Source of the DNA: Blastocladiella emersonii ATCC 22665
Taxonomy: Eukaryota; Fungi; Blastocladiomycota
NCBI GenBank assembly: GCA_025594325.1
Contig: JANHCV010000003.1
Coordinates: forward strand, 186,001 to 250,000
Direction of reading: 5' to 3'
Length of the DNA stretch: 64,000 nt
Shown piece after piece: positions 49,244-60,645 of this stretch (its first letter is position 1; every line of letters starts with the position of its first letter). The position numbers and the translations under genes are program-made. The notes below the pieces were generated by a model, which had not been told where the DNA came from, ran no database searches, and was given only the letters and a program-made list of their open reading frames with translations.

Positions 49244-49477
49244 TGTTACGTGTGATTCGTAGAACAGCAGACGGAGAGAAGGCTCGGTTCGAGGCCCGCG
49301 GCCGAGTTGACGCGTCGCGCAGCGGTGACGAGGAGGGGGAACGCGTTTGGGGTGAGACCACGTGACCCAGTGCGAGACAGTGCGAGACGCGTCGCGCGGC
49401 GGACCACGCGGCACGACCATTCACCACACCGACTCCCCCCTGGAGCACGAGACCTCGCCTTGGCGTAGCGAGTGACA
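49244..49477 (-). repeat. LTR (about 234 bp) upstream of unit B
   Basis: Minus-strand termini TGTCAC...GTAACA (canonical TG...CA), followed by a ~350-bp leader shared with unit A. Confidence 0.82.
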
Positions 49478-49825
49478 CAGGCTGGGTGGAAGCCGATGGT
49501 CTGGCGCGAGACTTACTCGATGAACTTCTTGAGCCGGCGGAACGCGATCCACTGGCTCTCGGCACCGTGATCGTCAACAAGGATGGCGACGTTGCCGCGC
49601 GCCCGGCGCACCATGTATGGGCCGTGGTAGCGCCGTGTTTCTGTCATCAATCACATTCATTCGTGCAACCAAACGAGTCTCGTCGCTGAGCGACCGGAGG
49701 GTCGATGTGGTCGCTCGAGATGAGCCCGCGTTGCGCCACGCATGTGACGGGCGCCACGTTTTCGACACACGTTTCAAGCAGAATAAGGGTGTGTATAGCT
49801 AATGAGATCGCAGGATTGCGCCGGC

Positions 49826-52117
49826 CTACTTGCCCTTGCCGCCCTTGGACGGTTTGCTCTTGCCGGGCTTCGACGACGACGACTTGGACTTCTTGCCGCC
49901 GCTCTTCTTGCTCGCCGGCGCCGGCGCCGGGGGTGCCGGTGCGGGTGCTGCTGGCTCCTCGGCCTCGCCGTCGACGGCCATGGCGTCGTCCTGGGTCGCG
50001 ACCGCGGGGCTCGACATGGACTGGGACCGGCCGCGGGCCTGCTCCGTGGACCACTCGCCGCCGAACGACACGTCGAGCTCCTCGCCGCGCTCGAGCCGCG
50101 CGAGGTACCCGTGGAGCTCCTCCTCGTTGGCGGGCTCGTCTGCGTCGGCGCCGCCGTCGAGCTGCATCGCGTCCGCGTCGGGGGCGTCCGCGGTGCCCGA
50201 TGGGGACGAAGCGTCGGGCATGGCGCTGTCCTCGTCGTCGTTATCCGCGACGGCGGCGGTGCGCGGACCGGCAGCGGCGGGACTCGTGGATCCCGCGGGT
50301 GCGTCGATGCGGCGCATACGCTCCTCGGCGGCGCGGAAGTGCTGCTCCTCCTGTGCGTCGACGACGCGGCGGATGATCTCCTCGTCCGACTCCTTCCAGG
50401 TGACCTGGAGCTCGGACGTCTTGGCGCTGTTGGCGAAGATCATGTCGAGCGTGCCCATGAGCTTGGTCAGGTCCGCGACGACCTGGCGCTCCTCGGTGAG
50501 CTTGCGCAGGATGCGGTCGAACATGGTCTGCAGGTACTCGGACCGCGGCGCGACGGGCGCGTAGATGTCGAGCACCGTGTGGGTGACCGTGGTCAGCGTG
50601 TTGGTGAAGTGCGGGTGCGTCAGGTACCGGTGCAGGAACGCGAGCGTCGGCGCCAGCGTCTCCTCGGTGCGGCCCTGGAGCGCGCGCTCGAGGCCGTTGC
50701 GGTCGAGCAGCTCCTCGATTAGCGCCACGACAACGGCGGGAGGTTGGTTCTACACGAGGGTGAGTCGCGGTGTGAGCGCTGGCACAAACGGGGAAGTCGA
50801 GCCAGCCGGATCGGTACCGTCTCGAACAGCACGTCGAGCGCGTTGGCGTACTCGAACTTGCGCAGGAACAGGTCGTACGCCTTGACCTCGGGCCGCTTGC
50901 TGCGGGTGACCTGGAAGTCGCTCTACGAGATGCACCACCATGTCAGTCCCACTGCTCCCGCACCACGCAAACCACGAATCAGAACGCACCGCTGTTGGCT
51001 GGTACCCCTGCCCGCGGACAAAGTAGCGGTAGGACCCGGCGCGGTACGACTTGGCGAGGGCGTCCTCGGACCGGACGTCGTCGACCTTGACCTCGCGTGA
51101 GCGGAGCGAGAGGGTGCCGTCCATCATGCCGACGGCCATGTGGGTGTCGTTGGGCGACACGGCGAGCGAGAGGATGGGCGACGGGTACTTGAGCGTGTGG
51201 ACGACCTTGTAGTTGGCGACGTTGTAGACCTTGACCGAGTGGTCGAGCGAGCCCGTGAGCAGGCGCGACCCCGAGTGGTCAAACGCCATGCAGGTGACCG
51301 TCTTCTGGTGGTTGGACACGTGGTGGAGCATGCGGCCGCCGGCGACCACGTCGAACACCTTGAAGTACGGCCCGCCCGACGACACGAGCGCGTTGGAGCC
51401 CGGGAACAGGAGCAGCGACTCGACGGGCGCGCCGTGGTCGACGGTCATGACGCACGCGTTGGCGCGCACGTCCCACAGCTTGACCGTGTGGTCGTACGAC
51501 CCCGTCACGAGCAGGTTCGGGTTGTCGCGCGACACGATGCCGGCGCGCACGTAGTCGGTGTGCTCGTCGAAGGTCGCGACGCACGAGTTGGACGGAATGT
51601 CCCACAGCTTGACGAGCTTGTCGTCCGAGCCCGACAGGATCTGCGTCTTGTTGGGCGAGAAGTGCGTGAGCTGGACGCTCCTACACGTCACAAGCTGGGT
51701 CAGCGCCGCTCGAGCTCAATAGTGCAGACCGCGCATCGCGTACCCGGTGTGGCCCGTGAATTGGCGCAGGATCGACCGCGAGCCCATCTCAAAGACGCTG
51801 ACGGTCCCGTCGGCGTCGCCGACCGCGAGCAGCTTGCCATCGGAGCGGAGGTGGCCCGAGTAGGCGTCGACCTTGAGCCGCTCGATCTTCTTGGCGACCT
51901 CGTGCGTGGACGGGTGGTAGATGTGGACGTTGGTGCCGGCCGTGGCGGCGAGCAGGTGCGGCGCCGACTCGGCGAAATGCAGCGACTTGACGAGGCTCGA
52001 CTCGCGCAGCAGCGTCGGCTTGCGGTACTTGCTCCAGTACCGCACGTCGGGCGTGATCCGGTCGTGCAGCTTGGGCCCGCCCGTGCGGACCTGCAGCCGC
52101 TGGAACTCGGTCGTCAT
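49826..52117 (-). CDS. UTP15: U3 snoRNA-associated protein 15 (WD40 plus UTP15_C), multi-exon
   Basis: MTTEFQRLQV..ITPDVRYW; YSGHLRSDGKLLAVGD; HTDYVRAG; LLVTGSYDHTVKLWD; NHQKTVTC; LIEELLDRNGLERALQGR. Confidence 0.92.
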
Positions 52118-52391
52118 GGTGGTCGATGCGTTGCGGTGCGCGGGGTCCGCTGAGATTGGCGCGCCACACGGCTTCCTCGGTGCGGCCTCACGACGCGCGT
52201 ACCGGTGCGCGGCAGCAGGGCGCGCGGCGTGGCGGTCGCGAACCGGAAGTGTTGATTCAACGTCACGTGGGCGCGGCTGACCCGTCGCTACCCCGACCTT
52301 CACTCTTCGTGTATGCAGCAAACCGCTCGCCGTGTATGAAAAGGGGAGGAGAGAATGGTGCCAGCGTCCACTGCAATGTAACAAACACACC

Positions 52392-54576
52392 TCACGCACC
52401 CGCCGGCGGTGGTGTTGGCGGAGGCCCGACGGCAGCCGTGGCCGTCGCGATGGCGACCCGCGGCTCGCCGGCCCCGCTCCCGCCGCCCACCACCTCCTCG
52501 GCCGTGGTGCTGTTCTTGAGCTGGCTGCGCAGCTTGCCCCACACCATGCCGCCCATGGCGCTGAAGCTGGCAGACGGCCGGTGCGAGAGCCTGCGCGGGG
52601 ACGGCGTCGGCGCCGCCGTCGCGATCGCCGCGGCCGCGCCGAGCGGGTCTCCGCCTGCGTTCGCTGCCGGTGCGGCGGCGGGCTCCTCCTCGACATCACT
52701 CGCGTTCCCGCTCCCGCCGCCGAGGGCGGACGACCACGACCACGAGCTGAGACTGCGCGACCGGCCGTGCGAGTGCAGGGTATCCGAGGACCGCTTGTGC
52801 TCGATGCCCGCTGCGGCAGCGGCGGCCGACGCCGGGTTGACGGAGCTGCTGACGCGGCGCATGGCGACGGCCATCCAGTGGTTGACGGCGGCCTCAACGA
52901 CACCCGGCGCGTCCGCGTCGTTCTGCGGTGACGGCGGGTTGTTCCCGACGAGCGCGATGCGGTACGTGCTCGCGAGCAGGGTGTCGAGGTCCGCGCTGGG
53001 CGGCTGCTGGAGGAGGAGGAGCGCCTCGTCGAACGCGAGCCGCAGCAAGGCGTCGCGGTGCTCGAGGACCATGGCGACCATGAAGTCGGGGAGGAACATG
53101 CCGTGGCGGGTCGCGTGGACGGCGGTATCGGCGGTATCGGTGGACCACGCGCCGGTCCCGACGAGCAGGGCGTCGGCGAGCGGGTCGAGCGCGGTGCCCG
53201 ACAGGGACCGGCGCAGGTCCGACGCCTCGTTGCGGCCGCGGTTGCGCGCGGCGACGCGGTCGGCGAACAGCGAGTCCCACAGGCGCAGCAGGTCCGGGAC
53301 GGTGAACTCTTGCGCGCACAGGCACGTGAACCATTTGAACGAGAAGAAGGCGGGTTCGAGGCCTTTGCTGGTCTACGCGGCGCGGGGTGAGCGGGTGTTG
53401 GCGAGGGTGCGCTGACGGGTTGAGGCGAGAGAAACGGACCAGGTGCTTCATGAGCGGCGGATCGACGCGGGCGAGCCGCGCGCCGAGCTTCTCCATGGCG
53501 CTGTGGATGCCCATGGCGTCGGCGTCCATGGAGTCGATGAAGAAATCCTATAACGGGGCGCGCGGGTCAGCACACACACGAAGCGCGCGCAGCAGCAGGG
53601 GCAGGCAGCGTACCCGGTAATCGGTCATGATCTCGTGGAACAAGAAGAACGTGTCCGACTCGGCGTGCGCTACACTTATTGCGTCAGCCTCACTCCTACC
53701 CCACTCCCGCCGACCAAAAAGCGCGTACCCTTGCCGTCAAAGTCGTCGTCGTTGGCGAGGAGATAGTAGATGGGGAACACGACGTGGTTCATGCCCTGGA
53801 TGTACCCGATACCGGGATTCAGCTTGGCGAACACGTACAGGATGCGCTCCACGGCGAGAAAGTTTTTGTCGAAGGCCTCGGTCGACCGCAGGAACGCGCG
53901 GCGCGACGGCAGCGCGGAGCCGGGGAGCTCGAACACCTGCGCGTGGAAAAAGGACCTAGTCGGGACGGGTCAGTGGAGGAAGAGGATGGTGGTGGGGCGA
54001 AGGGCGTCGGCGCGTACATGGACGGCATGGTCCGCCTCACATCCTTGTCGATGGTATCGAGCAGGTCGCGGTCGAGCGTCGACTCGATGCGGTGCTCGGG
54101 CCCGGGCACGGGCGACGCCGGGTTGAGGAGCGGGTCCTTTGGCGGGACCGGCGGTGGTGGTGGTAGTGGCTCATCGGCGGCGGCGGCGGCGGCGCTGAGC
54201 GGGTCCAGCACGTCGGACGCGGCCGTGGTCCCGGACAACGTCTCGCTCGCGGCGGACGAGGTAGGCGACGCGGGCGCGGAGCACAGGTCGTCGACGAACC
54301 CGCGGTAGATCTGGCGTTTCGCAGCGAGCAGCGTGTCCCACTTGGCCGTGTCGGACGGCAGGTAGTTGAGGAGCAGCTTCCAGCACCGCTGGCGGATGCC
54401 CTTGGTCTCGGGAATCCCGCGGTAGCACAGGCGGCGCAGGCGCTCAAAGTCGATGACGCCCGACTTGGGGTGCAGGACGTGCTCGAAGAGCGCTACGCTG
54501 TGGCGGTCCCGATCAGCTCGCCGCGCGCGGTGGTGGGATGCCGAGAGGCGGCGTACCGCTCCTTGTACGTCGCCAT
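52392..54576 (-). CDS. TBC1D13: Rab-GAP TBC domain protein (TBC1D13-like), multi-exon
   Basis: MATYKER start; GIP..IRQRCWKLLLNYLP; IDKDVRRT (Arg finger); FAKLNPGIGYIQGMN (Gln finger); FSFKWFTCLCAQEF..LRLWDSLF. Confidence 0.85.
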
Positions 54577-55180
54577 CGTCGTCTTCGTCGTCGCGCGCGA
54601 TGGTTGGCGTGCCCGAGAGCGGAGCGAGGGTTACGGCGACGGCGCAATGGACGCAGTGGAGGTGTGTGCGATCTGGCCGCGCGCTGACGGGTGGTGGGTC
54701 CGAGTCGCGTGCGGGCCAGCGAAAAGATGATGCGTCAAGTGTCGATATCGTAGTGCGTTGCGTAGCAATGAGGGGGGTGGGCGATGGGAGCGGGGAAGGG
54801 AGCGGCGCGGCGGTCGCTGATCTGAGCGGAACGCGCGGCGCGGTGGCTCAGAGCACGCCGGTGCGCCGCCTCGCGTTGGACATGCCCGCTCGCCGTTCTC
54901 GCTGGGGAAAGCCTTTGGGAGCACTAAAACTTGACGACAGCATTATGTGTGACCGTGCGTACAACATCGCTGCAATCGCCGGCAAAAAGCCGTGCAACCT
55001 TCCCCATACCAACGGCTCACGTGACCCCAGCTGGCCAGCGATACACCTCGCGTCCCACACCGCGCCGCCACGGCCGCCGCCGCGCCTCGACGCCACCACC
55101 TGCCTGCCCATCGATCACCCTGACCGTGTCGGTAAACCACGTAGCGCTACGAATCAACCACCACCACTCTACGCATCGCC

Positions 55181-55760
55181 ATGGCCAAGTCTATCCGCTC
55201 CAAGTCGAAGCGGTGAGTTTGCCACCCCACCGCGCCCCCATCGCGAGGCCCTCATGAACTGAACCCTTCCCTTTCTTAGCAAGTTCCGCGCCATCAAGCG
55301 CCAGCAGATCTTCGGCCCCGCCGAGGAGAAGCGCCTCGGCCGCCTGGTGCACCGGCTGCACGCCGGGTCCAAGGTGGTCAGCGTGCCGGAGCCCGAGCCG
55401 CTGCCCAAGATGTTCTCGTTCAGCTTCAAGGAGGCGCTGCTCGACGCCCCCGCGCGCGCCCGCGAGGAGGCCGCGCGCGCCGCCAAGATGGACGAGGACG
55501 ACACCACCGAGAACACGACCTACGGCGACGCCGAGTCCGCGGCCGCCGCGGCGAGCGGAATGGATGTCGATGGTGCGCTACGCTTGTTTCGCGTCAGCGG
55601 CATGATCCGCTCACACTCTCGTGCCCGCCCGTGTGTAGCCAAGAAGGCCGGCCCCTCGCGGCCAAAGTCCAAGAAGAAGCTGGTCATCGGGTCCAAGTCC
55701 TCGGGCACGCTCGTCGTGCGCAAGACCAAGCGCGGCAAGCTGACCACCTTCAAGTGGTAG
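55181..55760 (+). CDS. DUF2423 / YBL028C / LLPH-like basic nucleolar protein (3 exons)
   Basis: Spliced N-terminus MAKSIRSKSKRKFRAIKRQQIFGPAEEKRLGRL; Lys-rich C-terminus. Confidence 0.78.
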
Positions 55761-55952
55761 ATCATCACCTTCTCCCCTCCTCTGCTCATTCTTCATATAC
55801 GTGTAACATAGTACTGGCTATTCCATCCTTCTTGGCTCGCAACAATGGGAGGATTCTTCATGTGATATGGGGAAAACGAGAGAACAGAAAGCGGCACAAA
55901 AACCTCGCCCTCCTCGGCGATCAGCGCGACATGGCCGTGGCGTACGCGGACG

Positions 55953-58900
55953 TTACGGCTGCCCCCGAATCTACACACGCGCGCCGCGCGGACGTCAGCC
56001 AACCCACCCCCCAAGACACCCGCGCGTCGATCAAGAAGACGTACTACGCACCTCGGCGTGGATCTGGCGGTGCACGTACACCAAAAAGTCGACGTAGCTC
56101 ATAGCCTCGTGGTTCTTATCCTCGGCCATGTGCGCGAGGAACTCGAGCTCGACCTGGTCGACGCCCTGGCGGACGATCTGGACGCTGAGGTGCCGGTGGT
56201 ACCGGGTCGCGATATCGGCGAGCAGCGCCTGGACGCGGCGCGACGCGGGCGTGTCGAGCGCGGGGAGGACGTGGGTGCGGAGGTCAATGGCCTCGAGCGC
56301 GGGCACACCCAGGATCTGCTGCACGAGGTCGGGCGCGATCTGGCGGCCGAGCCACAGCATGGCCATCTGGCCGTTCTCGAGCAGGTAACACCCGGCGGGG
56401 TCGAGCCGCTCGTACGACGCGCGCACGGGCTGCGGGTCGTTCTCGGCGTGGAGCGAGAAGACGCGCGGGTAGAGGAGCGGGACCGAGAGCGGGACGGCGA
56501 GGGACCGGAGCTCGCGCATGGCGGCGACGCGCACGTCGCTCGGCAGGTCGCCCGCCTTGAGGGCGCGGTGCTTGTGCAGGGCGAGCGTGCACAGCGGGAA
56601 CAGCTTGAAGGTCTCGGGCAGGATGAGCTGGCCGGGCGACGTCGACGACGCGCAGTTCTTGCGGTACGACGCCAGCACCTTGACGCACTTTTCCGTCAGC
56701 TGCGTGCGCACCGTGGCGAGCGGCTGCGTGAGCGCGGCCGAGCACGCCGATTTCGCCAAAAAGTTGACGGTCGTGTCGAGCTCGGCGAACCGGAACACGT
56801 TGCCGAGCAGCGTCGTGTTGGTGAGCGACAGGTTGTGCACGCGGATGCGCCGGTCGCCCGTCGCCGTCGTGTACAGGAGCGCGATCTGGATCGCCGACTC
56901 CTGCTTCTCGTCGAGCTTGGCGTCGTGCTTGAGGGCGATGGCAATGGCCTTGTCGGCGTCGATCCCCGCAATCTCGAGGTCCGTGTTGTCCTTGGTGAAA
57001 AAGTTGCCGAGGTGGTCGACGACGCGGAGCCCGTTGGACGTGCGGACGCGCATCATGGCGTTGTACCCGAACTGGCGGGTCAGGGACCGCAGCACGTCCG
57101 TGTGGAGGCGGGCGCCGTCGCGCTCGACGTGGAACTGCGGGTACATGGACGACTCGCCGCCCGTGTTGGTGGCGAGCTGCCCGATGGTCGCCACGTCCAT
57201 GTACGCGTACGGGAACAGGAACAGGTCAAAGCACACGCCGGCGTTGACGGCGGCCGTCGACAGCGTGCGGTAGAAGGGGTCCTGCGGCTGGAACAGCGCC
57301 TTCTCCTTGTCGGTGCCGTACAGCTTCGGGTCCTCGCGGTTCTTGAGGGTACCCGGGCCGAAAGTGGGGAGCGACGTGTGGAACATGAGCACGCGGCCAC
57401 CGCGGTCCTCGAGGTAGTTGACCACGGCCTGCGCGACCGCGCCGAACGCCGACTCGGCCGCGCGGTTCTCCCGGAACAGCGTCGGCAGCGCGTCGAGGAA
57501 CGACTCGATCACGGGGCGCGACTCGAACGGGTCCACCAGGAACCCCGTCGACAGCGGCACGAACGTGTCGTCGACGTCGGGGACCACGAGCATCTGGAAC
57601 TGGTCGAGCGAGGGCTGTTTTGGGCGCGAGTACCGAGTGAGCATCGTGAGTTGCGGCAGAAAACGCGTCGGAAACGTACGTGGAAGTTGTAAAAGTGGAC
57701 GGTGCGGTCGTACGTGAGGATACCGACCTGGGCGCCCTTAGGGATCCGCGCCTCGGACCCGTCGGAGAAGAGCCAGTCACGGACAATCTTGGCCATCTGG
57801 GCGAGGAGGCCGCTCTGGATCGCGTTCCACGACACGTCGATGGCGAGGATGAGGGCGACGGGCTTGGGCGGCTTGTTGATGAACTCCTTGCCGGCGACAA
57901 ACTCGACGGACCCGCACCGGAGCTCGGGCCGCTGCATGATATCGACGCGGCGGCCCGTCATGTCGAGGTTGCAGAAGTAATCGGCGGGGGTCTCGTTCTC
58001 GATGAAGCAGAAGTTGCACGTGAACTTGCGCCCTCCGTCGACAAACTGCATCATCGGGTTGATGTAGGCGCGGCACCGGCGGCACCGCACGGGCCCGGTC
58101 TCGCCGGGCTGCACCACCTCGATCTCGGCCTCGCCCGCCTCGAGCTCGGCGAGCGGCTGCACGATGCATCCGAGCGGCATCATGGACTGCGCGAGCAGGT
58201 CCTCGGTGCAGGGCACGTTGTAGGTGGTCATGCGCACGAACCGCGGCGACGCGTTGCCCTCGTCGAGCACGCGGAACCGCGTCGACGGCAGCGGCGGCAT
58301 CGCCTTGGAGCACGTGCGGTACGGCTCGGTCGCGTACGTCGCCTGGTCCTGCTCCTGCACGGCCACGGGGCTCGGGATCTGGTTCGGGTCGATCTTGGAT
58401 TTCGGCGGGGCGGGAGGCGCGCCGCCGCCCATGGAGTTGGCCAGGTTCGACTGGCTGCCGAACGACGGCGGCTGCGACAGCATACCGGGCTGCTGCGGCG
58501 GCGGCGGCTGGCCGTACATGGGCGGCGGCGGGCCCTGCTGTTGCTGCGGGGGCATGCCAGGCTGCTGCTGCTGCTGCTGCTGCTGGAACTGCATCTGGCC
58601 AAACTGGTTGGTCATCTGCTGCATGGCGTTGGGCGGCTGCTGCTGCTGCATCTGGTGGTGGGGCGGCATCCCGGGCGGCGCGCCGTTCATGCCCTGCTGC
58701 TGAGGCACGTACTGCTGCTGCTGCTGCTGCTGCTGCTGGACACCGCTGCCCTGGTGCTGCAGTGGCGGCGGGGTGGCCGAGTACGCCTGGGCCATCTGGT
58801 CGGGGTACATGCGGCGGCGGCCGGCGGCGGCGGGCGCGGGCGAGCCCGAGGCGCCGGGCGGCGGGGGAGCGGGACTCGCCGATCCGTAGGGACCGGGGGT

Positions 58901-59338
58901 ACCCGTCATGGGCGGCGGCGGGGTAGGCGCGGCGCCCGGCGGCGGCATGCCGGCGGCCATGGCCATGTTCGGGTGCGACATGTGCGCGGGGATGGCGTGC
59001 GGCGGCATGTTCTGGTTCGGGTGCTGCTGCGGCGGACCCTGTTGGGGCGGGCCGCCGGCGGCGGTCGGCGGGTACTGGTTGGAGGGCGCGTGCTGCATGA
59101 ACGAGGTCGGTTGCGGCGGCTGCGGGGGCGCGCCGTAGCCCGGCTGCTGCGGCTGAGTAGGCGGCATGCCTAGAGGAGCGCGAACGTGAGGGGATCAGCA
59201 CGACGCGTCGTTGTCGTCGATCGGCGCGCCAAGTAGTGCGCACAACACACCGTTCATGGGCGGCGGCGGAGCGCCCGGGTATCCCTGCTGCTGCGGCGGG
59301 GGCGGCTGGCCGTAGCCTTGCGGCTGGAAGGGCTGCAT
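55953..59338 (-). CDS. SEC24: COPII cargo adaptor Sec24 (Sec24C/D-like), multi-exon
   Basis: Q/P-rich N-terminus; KIDPNQIPSP; Zn finger RCRRCRAYINP..FTCNFC; trunk IDVSWNAI; RVRTSNGL; gelsolin domain; EDK...SYVDFL..VHRQI. Final exon IRGQP* follows an intron. Confidence 0.95.
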
Positions 59339-60645
59339 GGCGGCGGTGGTGGACGTGTGGCGCTAGCGTCCGCGGACGGCGAAGACACGCGCAACAGGGG
59401 TCGGTCGGCGGTGCGAGGGCGAGTGCGAGTCGCAGTCCTCGTCGCGGTCGTCGATCTCAGAGCCGGGAGCGAGGGAGCGACGGCGGGGCCGACATGAGCG
59501 GCGCCGGGCGTTTCGCGCTGTGGCGTTGGGCGCTCGCCGCGGAGAGAGGCTAAAGAACGCCAGCGTGGACGCGCCATGTGATCCCACCTGACGCGATAGC
59601 CTTTCTCGCGTCGCTCATCGGTGCGACCCGACTCGACAGCCGCGGCGTAGTGGCGCACCGAGCGACCACCATCGATGAGACCGCAGCATCCAGAGTCAGC
59701 CGAGCGGACCGATCATCAGCTCCGCCCGCATCGGAGCGAAAATAGGTCGGCCGCAGGCGACCCGCGCCACATGCGGGGGAAGGGGCACAAGCAATGATCT
59801 GCTTGATTGACGCGCGACTCAATTTGGCAGCGGGAGGCGAGGTCCAGCGACCAAGCCCTTCGAGGAGCACTGCGGAAGGCGCCGAGAAGCGGGCGGGAGC
59901 GTGTGGCGCAGGGGCGGCGGGAGGCGCGTGGTGGCGCATCTCGCGTGGCGTGACTCGTTGGAACATTTCTGGAAGTGGCCCCGCACGTGCTCGCGTCGGC
60001 GGGCGGCGCACACGTGGAGCTCCGGGCGGCCAATGGGGTGACGCGCCGGCCGCGTGGGCCCCGCGTGGAACTTTCTGGGAAGCGTTTCAGGAAGAACGGC
60101 GCCGCGCCCGCGTGACGCGCGCCCGACTCCCCTTGGGCAAGCGTCCAACGCGCCACCGATGAGGGCAGCCTCGTCGCCATCGTGCGGGGGGACGCGCGCC
60201 AAGACTCGATCTTCGTGGTCAAGGCGCTGAGCCTGGCGAGCTGGCTGGGCGCGGCGCGAAGCCTTGGCCAAGCGATCCGCCAACGCGATGGCGGGGCAAG
60301 AATAGATTGAAGCCTTGGCGACCGCGACCAATTTTCGCCGTGGCCATGGCTGTGGAGTCGCGCAGGCCATCGTGGCCATCGCGCCCGTCCGTCGGCACGG
60401 TCGGTCGGTCGCGTTCCGCGTCCACGTCTGGGTTAGTCATCGGCCGACGGCGGCGGGAGATGCGCGCGCAGTGATGGGAGACGCGTTGGCGCGAGGGGTC
60501 AGTGGTGGCCGAATTTTATGCGGGGCGGAGGCAAGCGGGATGGCCACGCGGGCGGCGCGGTGCGCGCGGAGCGCCTCGTGGCGGCTTCTTCACACGCTCT
60601 AGAGCAGTCCCCCGCCACCCGCCACCGACCGGAACGTGTTCCGCC

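Noticed and set aside
48851-49420. N-terminal extension of the 1179-aa and similar LTR-spanning ORFs
   Set aside because: These translate LTR and leader sequence repeated at three loci; the real gag starts at ATG 48850.
42362-49477. CRISPR-like array
   Set aside because: The repeats are long LTR copies, not short regularly spaced repeats; eukaryotic context with no cas genes.
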